Below, in pieces: positions 54,164 to 64,000 of a stretch of DNA of 64,000 nucleotides (the first letter of the stretch is position 1; each line of letters starts with the position of its first letter). This DNA comes from Guillardia theta CCMP2712. Lineage: Eukaryota > Protista > Cryptophyta. The stretch spans positions 35,505-99,504 of the forward strand of contig NW_005434567.1 in the NCBI RefSeq assembly GCF_000315625.1, given 5' to 3'. The position numbers and the translations under genes were made by a program. Below the pieces are notes generated by a model. The model was not told the DNA's origin. It was given only the letters and a program-made list of their open reading frames with translations, and did no database searches.

Positions 54164-57100
54164 ATGGCGGAGCAGGTCGTTCCTGTCCTCAGGCCGATGG
54201 AGGCCAAGATGCATGAGGCAAGCGCCATCACGGTTCCAACCGAACAGATTCTGATGGACCTTCTAAACTCATTTGTGCGAACTTGCATGTTGTAGAACAT
54301 GAGATTTTACTTACTTGAAAATGCAGAGGAAAATAATTCGAGGACTTGAACTCAGCACCAAGATGGAATGGTTTGCAATGAGACAGTATGCAATGAGGAA
54401 AGATATTTCGCTTGTATATCTATCATGATTTGATTCATTTTGATAGACTTTACAATCTCTCTATCGAATGGGGAAGACAGATACGGTCCAGTCAAATCGC
54501 GCACCTGAAAAACCTGAGCTGCAGGATCTTTACACAAAGTGTCGAAAATTGCAGAGACAGCATGAGCTCGGCAGAAACAATCAAGAATGAATTGATTTTG
54601 GCTGAAATTTACTTACAGACGGCAACGTCGTATCAGGAGCGCTCGGATTGAATTTCAATGATCAATGCATCTGACGTGAGGTCTGAACAGGCATATGGCG
54701 ATCTAGAACCTGCAAGGCAGGCATGCGATCTGGCTGAGGGCTTTATCACCAATGCATGCAAATTAAATCCTCTTCTAAGCCAAGATGATGGAGTGTTCAT
54801 GTTAAAGATGGATGCCATGTTCAGGAGATGTGAGCTGAGTGTAGCGCTTGGAAACTGGCAGGATGGGCTTTCCATCATGAGAGAGGTACTCAGTCCAGAA
54901 AAACTGATGAGTTTGATTGACTCCTTTGACAAGGTCAAAGAAATGTTGACAAATTCTGGAGAAAATGGCAAGAGCTTGGCGCGAAAGTTTGGAGTTCTGG
55001 CGGTTGTGCAAACTGTCCTGTCGCAGTATTTAATTGTCTGGCAACAGTATAACTTCGGGATTGCATGCATCAGCAGAGACGAAGAGTCTCTTTCTACTGA
55101 AGAAAAAGAGAGGGCTCTTGTATGGGCTCGGCAGTCTGCAGAGTTGTTTGCACGATCATCCCCTGCTGAGCACGCTCGGGCACTGGCACTTATAGCAAAC
55201 ATTCAAATCGCTTCAGGTATTCTCTGATGATTCCGTGGCATGGGATTCAATCAAACTCAACCTTGCTCATCTGTTTTGGTAGGTATGGACTTTCAAGATG
55301 CCTTGGACAATCTTGTGATCGCCAACGAAATTGCACCGAACATCACGTTTCTTAGTCTTCAAGTGATGTGCTTGATAGAGATGAAAAAAATCGATTGCCC
55401 AGGTGGAGTCAGAAGTGTTCTTGAAGCCGAATTTTCGACCAAAAAATATCTCGATTCTAGAGATACGGATCAACAATGCAAGGATTGGTTGCAGATTATG
55501 TCCCTTCTAGTTCGTGCAAGGGCGTCAGATATGTGCAACAAAGGATTTGAGATGCTTTCTGCCATATACGTGAACGACCAAGACAAATGGGAAAAAGTCC
55601 AGGTGTGTGCAAGTCCCTCAAACTGGTATGACGAAACGATTCGTTTAGACGACATGGGCTGCTGCACTAGCATCGCATATATATGATCAAAACAAACTTG
55701 AAGAGACAGTGGATCAACTGATCACTGTTAACTCAAAATCTTCATGTAGCGAAATCACTTGCAGACAGGTATGGGCAATCACCGCTTTAATCCTCTGAAG
55801 TCAATTTATGCAAAGATGCTCTCAATCTGCTCTGGAATCATCAAGGAGTTGGTAGATTTCCTTTTTTTTTGCAAAGGATACGAGTTAAAGGGTACACCAG
55901 GATGAAAGTGGAAAGTATCTCAAGGCGATAGAGTGGCGCAAAAAGGCAATCAATTTTGCAACTCAGGCACAAACTCAAGATATTAGAAGGTGAAATAAGC
56001 TTTCAACAACTGAGATTGAAATTTGATGCAGACAAATTGTTCGCATAGCTTTGCGGGCTGGAGCAATAGAAGTTGCACGATCCTACATTTCAGACATCCA
56101 GAGTGACAACAACACTGAAGAGGGACTTTTCCAAAACCATGTCCTGGAGCTACAGCTGGAAGCAAAATCCGGTGACGTTTTGATTGATCCATGCACTCAA
56201 GTATTGAAAGCGCTGACAGGAAACGTGAAACAAACTTATGACATGATTCAAAAGCTTTCCGATAGCAATTATGATCCCAACCTTGCTGCAGAAGCACTCA
56301 ACTCAGCTTGTGTAGAAGCAGTCGATAATGGAAGTACGGAGATTGTTCAGAAGTGTTTGGAAATTTTCATCGATAATATCGTGAAAGTCAATCCTCCAGG
56401 CAAGATATCGAATGTGAAAGTGGACAAGGTCATAACTTTTCAAACTTTTTGTATACATCCTAAATGTTGACGACGGCCCTATCAGATTTTTCTGAATCTG
56501 ATTAAGTTCTGGAAATCTGAAAACGAAACAGCAGATCACGGGAAAGTGGTCCGTTACCTGAAGGTAAAGATCCACATGCTACAGATTCGCAAATGGGATG
56601 ACTGATGTTTGAAGGTTGCAATTGACTGGATACGTAGCCACTCCATAGAACAATTCTGCTCAGAATACGAAAAACATGGCTTCACCTCAATCAGAACACT
56701 TTCAGACTGTGTATGGAATCTTGCAGTGTCCAATTATCAGACAATTGCTACATGCAACAAAGACGTCATGCATAAGTTTTATGATTTCACAGCTCAATTA
56801 TACAGCTTAGCTGCTGACTTTCGTGATATCATTCCAGTCGATTTGTTGGTTCAATCGGATAAAGATTTTACTCGGTTGTGCCGATTTCTAGCAAGTGCTG
56901 CCTGGCTTCTCAGTTTCAAACAATCAAACCGAGATCAAGCAATGGAATCATATCTGCAAAATGCGTTGGAGTCAATCAAGTATCTAAGAGGGATAGCTTC
57001 TTATTCCATTCTGAGTTTCAGATATCAGGCCATTATCTGCAGCAAAGCACGACAGCAAAAAACAAAACTCGTTGCTTGCCGAAACAAAGCTACATTTTGA

Positions 57101-58068
57101 GCTTCTGTGCTATTCTCGTTCAGGAACAAAGGAATGCATGCATGTAAGTTTATCATAGGTCGATGCACTCAATTTTCGACTCATCATCTTCAAATCCAAA
57201 GATCTTGGACTCAATCCTAGAATTGGTGAAAAATAGCGACATTCCACTACAATCAAGGTATGTCTTGCGTTGTTCTCAACAGCTTCGGTGTGGATTTCTC
57301 TTGTCATAATTATTGCCCAGATTGAACCATTTGCTGCAAGTCTCCACAATCTGTTACCATTCTCATGCTCCCGCAGAAGTATCAGAACGGTAACATCAAT
57401 TGAAAAGTTTGTTTTTGATGAACAACGCGGTTAGAGTCTATCGAGAAACGATCAAAGCAATGAAGATGGGCGACGTGGTCGACGTAGATTTACTAGCACA
57501 GTTGCTACATCTTTGCACGAATCCGTCATGTGAAGCTTGGTGTCAAACGTACTTTCCAGTGGTCTTGTAATTCTTTGTTCTATGATTTTACTTGCAGAAA
57601 TCCACAGCTTGATATATTCGAGGAAATTCTGGAGACCTGCCAGAAATTCGAAAAGTTTCCTTCAAGATTCGTTCAGATCAGTGCAGTTCTCGCATGCAAC
57701 GCGGGTATTAAACATTATTTCTATGGAAGAGCCTTACAGGTTGTTGACAAGCTTTCACATTTGCAGTGATCAAAGTTCTGATGCATTCTGAAGCAGGCAG
57801 AAAAATGGTTGGGGATGTCATTACAACTAGCAAAGGCTTGCAAGGGGATGACTAATGACATCATGAACCGTATCGTGGAGGTCTGATGCTTTCCTTATCT
57901 TATGCTTTCCTTTATCTTGTCATTCGTCTCTTGATGTAGAGGAAATGTTCTGAATGCGGAAAGTTCTTGTTTTCTATTTCAGCACAATTGTGAAGCTCAA
58001 TCTAACGTTCCTTGACATTGCAGACGTACGAAGAAGTTCTTCAAAACAAAAAATTGATGGAAATGTAA
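54164..58068 (+). CDS. ZIP4: Meiotic ZMM protein ZIP4/SPO22/TEX11 homologue (TPR-like), multi-exon
   Basis: 'YNFG...ALVWARQSAELF...HARALALIAN...DALDNLVIANE' matches my recollection of the TEX11 SPO22 region. 'LNLLWNH', 'CVWNLAV...FTAQLYSLAADF' and the C-terminal 'FP...ACNAG...AEKWLGMSL' follow in the ZIP4/TEX11 order. Confidence 0.78.
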
Positions 58069-58127
58069 CATCGTAGAAACGAAAGGACGATTCTTGAAAA
58101 TCCTCTTTTCTCGGGATAGAGCCGTCG

Positions 58128-59653
58128 TTACTTGGCGTTGAGTTTTGCTCGAAGCTCAGCATTTTCCGATTCCAATTCCTTAATTCGCTTTTCCATCTCC
58201 TGAAAACTCGTCAGTGATAGATAATATCAAAAGAATATTACCTTCATGCGATCATTCGTGTTGACAGTCACAGTAAGTGTACCTTTGAGCTCAACCCCAC
58301 CCTGCAACAGTCGATCAGGCCGGAGGGAATGACACGGGGAAAGAAAAGGAGTGGGAGGTGAAGAATACACTACAGAGGGGCAGACGAGAGAAAGAAGCAG
58401 CAAACTGCACATAAAGATATGTAGGGACCGTACCACAGTCTGGAAGACTTGGAAGCTCGTTTCTTCAGGCAAGGGGTATGCGTCGGACTTCTCAACAGTC
58501 TTGGTTTCAGGCTGATGTTCAACTGCGGGCGGTTCTGCTCTGCTCTCACTGTCTGCTTTCTCAGCGGCTGCCTTTGACGGCTGCTGCTCTTCGCACTCTT
58601 CTGCTCCGTGACGGCAGCCGCCTGATGCTGTGTCGGGTGAGCATCAACAAAAACAACAGAGGCGGGTACTGGTGCTGGTTCCAAAGTCGCAGCCGGCTTC
58701 GTTTCCTTTGCCGCCTGCAGTTTCTTTCAGACACTCATTGCCCTTTGCTGTACCAGTGTGTTCAGCCTTCACCTGCCCTGTGATCATATCCACCAAGGCG
58801 GGTTTGGCGTTTGAACCATTCATCCACTTGTTAACCCAGTCAGGGTTACACCTCTCGATCATTATGAAATAACCTCAGGGCCAGACAGACAAGATTTTCC
58901 AGCGTAAGTAGGAGGATATAGATCCTGATTGAAATCAGCTACTAGAAAAAACGTCCAAGATCCTCTCACGTCATTCGATTGATCTGCCCGGCGAGGAACG
59001 GTGAAGGACACTGGCTCCACATACTTGTCGCAGCTGCCAGCACCGTCATGGCATGCAACATCGCCAGCTCCTGACGCCTACAAGCGAAGGAATCTATTGA
59101 TCTCTGTGTTGGCCATGTCCACGACAGTCTGGAAGACTCTCTGTCAGACCGTAGCATGTTCATGAGGAGGTCAGTGTTGCCTTCGGCATGCAGCAAACCC
59201 CCCTTTGCGTGTCTTTCCCTGCAAGACATTCCTTCCTCGTCAGGAAGGGGATGTGCTATCCTATAGGTTACTACCGGAGAACTCGTCCAGGAAGTGAATG
59301 TAGGGGTCCGTGGACACGATCTCGTAGTAACGGATGTTGCAGTCGCCCTGCGTTGAAGGTGAGGGAAAAAGCCAAGGTGGAGGAAGACAGGCAGGCAGGT
59401 CGCGGGGAGGTAGGAGCAGCGATAGGGCAGCTGCAACGGCAGAGAGATCGAAGGAGTGGGAGGAGAAGGAGGTGGCCGGGGAGGAGTGTGAGGAGTGAGA
59501 GTAGGGCGAGGAGAAGGAGGGGAGCGGAGACGAGGAAGGGGAGACAGGCGAGGAATGGGGATCAAGGAGGACAACGTACCTTGCCAGCCAGGTAAAGGAT
59601 GTTGGTGTCCGGATCGAAGAAGGGAAAGAGCATCCCAAAGTCCTGCTGGGGTT

Positions 59654-59700
<47 letters not shown>

Positions 59701-61345
59701 GCCGCAGGCCGTCAGTCACATGGTCGATAGAGTGAAGCACAAGGGGCTTGGTGATGTCCCGAGAGTCTCTTAGGATGATCTGCTGCGGCGGTGAGGGATG
59801 GCCTGACACTCAACTCCGCTCCCCCCCGTCCCACCTGCCGGTCGCTCTGAGCAGAGAAGCCAACGGTCGCCAGCATGCTCGTCTGTCAGCTAGTCAGCCA
59901 ACCTTGTCATGGTGACGTGTCACTCAGAGCTCGAAAGCTCTAGAGCCCTGCAGCTCGAGCTCTAGAGCCCTGCAGCTCGAGCTCTAGAGCTCGATCTAGA
60001 GTTATACCTCTCCGAGAAAGCACGCGTGCGCTCCCTTGGACCCTCCTTGGCTGGCGACCTTCTGCGCGATCGAGCCTGCTGGGCTGTCAGATCGGTGCGT
60101 TGGTGTTCCCATTGACTTTCCTGAGCGAGGATCGCAAATTCGTAGGATCTTGTCCTTACACGTGGACGCGAACAGACTGCCATCGTAATTCCATGCGATG
60201 TGCTGCGGACTGTCTGGGAGCTCGATCGATCGAAATTCTGCAGCCTGACCTCTCAAGTAAGAAGACAACAGGGGAGGGACGTGGGAGAAACAGGAGGAAG
60301 GTGGAAGGGGAATCGTGTGGAGGAGAGGAAAGGAAGAAGCAGGAAATTGAAGTTGAGGAACAAGACTGGAGTGCAACGGAGCAGAACAGGAAACAGGAGA
60401 GAAGAATACAAGGGAGGACACGGATAACACGAGTGACATAGAGGCAAGGAGGAAGAGGAGGAGGAGAAGGAGGAGGAGGACGGCAAGGAGGAGGAGGAGG
60501 TGGTGGTGGAGGAGGAGGTAGAAAGGAGAGGAGGAACGAGACTGCAGAATAGCTTGTGAGGCACAGCGACTCATCCACCTTGTTTGCGTCCCATATCCGG
60601 ACGGTGTTGTCGAAGGAGGAGGAGAGGACGATGCCGTCTGCTACAGGATTCCATCGCGCTAACATCACCTGCACGTGATGGTTCATGGGAGTTCACTCTC
60701 TCCCCCTTGGACCTTCTTGGAGTGACCCTGCAGCTGCACAGAGCACTTGTCGTCGGCGTCTTCCTAGAAGAGCAGAGGGTTATTGGCGATAGAAAAAAGG
60801 AGCAGAGAGAAGAGGAGAGGAGGGGAGGGGAGGAGAGGCGAGGAGAGGGGAGGGGAGAGGAGAGGAGGAGAGAGGAGAAGAGAGGAGAAAGAAGCAGGGA
60901 ACAGAAGAGGGTAAGACCGGAGGGAGGGAGGATGGAGGAGAAAAAAGAGCAAGTCCAACAATCATCAAGAGCGCTAGATAGGCTTCACAGGTGAATGAAG
61001 AGAGAAGGCAGGATTGTGAGAAAGCATGAAGAGGATGGGAGCTGCTGCAGAGAGATGGAGGAGAACTGAGGACAGAGGACGAGAAGATGGGAAGTATTGG
61101 GGGAGACCGGGAAGAGGAGGAGAGAGGGGAACAGGAATACAAGCAGCGGCAGGAAGCTTGCGAAGCAAGGTTGATACCTTGAGAGGAGACGTAGAGTCCA
61201 TCAGTTGTTCGAAGTTCCAGACCCTCAGCGAGCTGTCCTCAGAAGCTGGAGCAGGCCATCATTGTCAGACTGACGGCAAGCACTTGGTAAAGGTCCAACC
61301 TGAAACGATGACGCTTTCGTAGAAGGGGCTGAAACTGAGATCCTA
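58128..61345 (-). CDS. CORO: Coronin (WD40 + C-terminal coiled coil); 5' exons lost in the gap
   Basis: [121 protein letters not shown]. Confidence 0.93.
59926..60001. repeat. 22-bp intronic minisatellite GCTCTAGAGCCCTGCAGCTCGA (~2.5 copies plus fragments)
   Basis: Read directly from the sequence. Confidence 0.9.
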
Positions 61346-61381
61346 ACAGAAGGATGGCGGAGGGTAAGGACGGGATGTAGC

Positions 61382-62290
61382 NNNNNNNNNNNNNNNNNNN
61401 NNNNNNNNNNNNNNNNNNNNNNNNNNNNNNNNNNNNNNNNNNNNNNNNNNNNNNNNNNNNNNNNNNNNNNNNNNNNNNNNNNNNNNNNNNNNNNNNNNNN
61501 NNNNNNNNNNNNNNNNNNNNNNNNNNNNNNNNNNNNNNNNNNNNNNNNNNNNNNNNNNNNNNNNNNNNNNNNNNNNNNNNNNNNNNNNNNNNNNNNNNNN
61601 NNNNNNNNNNNNNNNNNNNNNNNNNNNNNNNNNNNNNNNNNNNNNNNNNNNNNNNNNNNNNNNNNNNNNNNNNNNNNNNNNNNNNNNNNNNNNNNNNNNN
61701 NNNNNNNNNNNNNNNNNNNNNNNNNNNNNNNNNNNNNNNNNNNNNNNNNNNNNNNNNNNNNNNNNNNNNNNNNNNNNNNNNNNNNNNNNNNNNNNNNNNN
61801 NNNNNNNNNNNNNNNNNNNNNNNNNNNNNNNNNNNNNNNNNNNNNNNNNNNNNNNNNNNNNNNNNNNNNNNNNNNNNNNNNNNNNNNNNNNNNNNNNNNN
61901 NNNNNNNNNNNNNNNNNNNNNNNNNNNNNNNNNNNNNNNNNNNNNNNNNNNNNNNNNNNNNNNNNNNNNNNNNNNNNNNNNNNNNNNNNNNNNNNNNNNN
62001 NNNNNNNNNNNNNNNNNNNNNNNNNNNNNNNNNNNNNNNNNNNNNNNNNNNNNNNNNNNNNNNNNNNNNNNNNNNNNNNNNNNNNNNNNNNNNNNNNNNN
62101 NNNNNNNNNNNNNNNNNNNNNNNNNNNNNNNNNNNNNNNNNNNNNNNNNNNNNNNNNNNNNNNNNNNNNNNNNNNNNNNNNNNNNNNNNNNNNNNNNNNN
62201 NNNNNNNNNNNNNNNNNNNNNNNNNNNNNNNNNNNNNNNNNNNNNNNNNNNNNNNNNNNNNNNNNNNNNNNNNNNNNNNNNNNNNNNNNN
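61382..62290. other. Assembly gap (909 N)
   Basis: Run of N. Confidence 0.99.
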
Positions 62291-62399
62291 ATAGAGAGGA
62301 GATGAGGAGGGCGAGGAAGGGGAAGAAGAAGAGGAGGGGGAAGAGGAAGAAACTGTGCTATGGATAGGGTGTTGATGAAGACGATGAAGATGAAAATAT

Positions 62400-62640
<241 letters not shown>

Positions 62641-62660
62641 ACACACTTGATTGTGACCAG

Positions 62661-63345
62661 GAGCTTTGAGATCTCAGGCGATGGCATCGGAAATGTTCAA
62701 CTTCACCGCCAGGCTGGAGCGGCTCGCGATCCTCTGGGAGCTGAACTTTGACGATGAAGAGGGTTTACAGCTGATCCGCTCGGCACTCGGGGCGGGGGAG
62801 GGAGGTGCCAACAGCTCCCTCCTGCTCTCGAGCTTCGCCTCCGAGGCCGCCATTGTGATCTCGCTGAAGCCAACGTCCATCGCTGCCCATGTCCTACTGG
62901 GCAAGCTCCAGCTGGAGGTTAGCTGATGAAAGAGGAACCCCCTGGTTTGTGCCTGCTCAGATGGTGATATGCAGGGAGTGGGGCGGGTGGAAGAGGCTGT
63001 GGAGACGTGGAGGAAGTGCTTGGTCAGGTTTCCTTACTGCCATGAGGCCAAGGCAGAGATCGGTCTCGTGCTCTGCTTGCAGTCTTTCGAGGAGGAGAAG
63101 GGGGAGGAGGAGGAGGAAGGAGAGGAAGAGAAGGAGGGGAAAGAGAGCAGAGAGTTCAGCGAGCGCTTCGGTTACCTTGGAATGAGGAGGAGGAAGGGAC
63201 TGTGGAGGGAGGGAACAAAGAATCTTCGTGATGCAGAGAAACTTCAATCAGGGACAAGAAGGTGAACAGACCGATGGGATCGGTGTGCGTTTGATTGTTT
63301 CATGATGCCGGTCAAGTTCATGTGGTTGCTGTTGATAATGATCGA

Positions 63346-63392
<47 letters not shown>

Positions 63393-63700
63393 CGATGATT
63401 ATTGTGGTGGTGATGTTGATGACAATCAGGATGACAATCATAATATCGATTTGGTAGAAACCAGAACATAGAGGGAGGGATGCATTGAAAGACTGACAAA
63501 CTTTCTAACAGCAAGATACTATCAGCATGGATAAGTTTGCATGAGGGCGATGTTGAAAAGGCAGAAGAATCCCTAGAAGAGGTCTGTTTCTTCGCACATA
63601 ATATCTCATTCATGACAAACATCCCACCTGGCTCTTGCCATCTCATTACAGACGCTGCTCACGATGTTTGTGCTGTTCCTGAGACTTGCGCGCAGGCTGG
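62661..63700 (+). CDS. Partial multi-exon TPR-like protein
   Basis: 'ISLKPTSIAAHVLLGKLQLE', 'GRVEEAVETWRKCLVRFPYCHEAKAEIGL' and 'GDVEKAEESLEE' are TPR-like helices in AG/GT-bounded exons. Confidence 0.55.
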
Positions 63701-63854
63701 AAAGGTTGCAGATATCTCGCTGAATGACGAATGTGAGGCTTGAGGAGAAGCAGAGGAAGTGAAGGGGCGGAGTCGGTTCAAGGGGAGGGGCGGTTGGGAA
63801 CAGGTGGAAGAGAAGGAGAAGCTGGATGAAGGGGACGAGTGAAGAGGAGGGTGA

Positions 63855-64000
63855 GGGGAGAGGAGAGGAGAGGAGAGGAGAGGAGAGGAGAGGAGAGGAG
63901 AGGAGAGGAGAGGAGAGGAGAGGAGAGGAGAGGAGAGGAGAGGAGAGGAGAGGAGAGGAGAGGAGAGGAGAGGAGAGGAAGGAGAGGAGAGGAGAGGAAA
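63855..64000. repeat. (GGAGA)n microsatellite
   Basis: Pentanucleotide array running to the window end. Confidence 0.95.

Overview
Eukaryotic nuclear DNA: gene-dense and intron-rich, with many ~45-60 nt GT-AG introns, long purine/pyrimidine simple repeats and three N gaps. The composition, a bipartite-type plastid presequence and the RWP-RK gene are consistent with an alga with a secondary plastid, probably a cryptophyte (inference). Recognisable genes are an RBM5/RBM10-like splicing factor, an SRPK kinase, an ankyrin+RRM protein, a secreted Cys-rich GCC-repeat protein, a PA+CRM-domain protein, sphingosine-1-phosphate lyase, an RWP-RK factor, an RFC small subunit, a meiotic ZIP4/SPO22/TEX11 homologue, coronin and a partial TPR-like gene. 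The most unusual part is 4.55-14.55 kb, an AT-richer island with six intronless small ORFs from two families I do not recognise: family A (3 copies, ~103-109 aa, soluble) and family B (3 copies, with a C-terminal membrane anchor). The island is mirror-symmetric about ~9.45 kb: A2> <B1 | B2> <A3, mirrored promoter remnants, and an inverted 24-bp motif at both edges. Intergenic spaces across the window repeatedly combine GC-rich palindrome-dense blocks, an AT-rich TAACTTAACTTTGAGTAAAG motif and strand-skewed GGGGTGGGTA tracts. Multi-exon gene boundaries were read by eye and are approximate.
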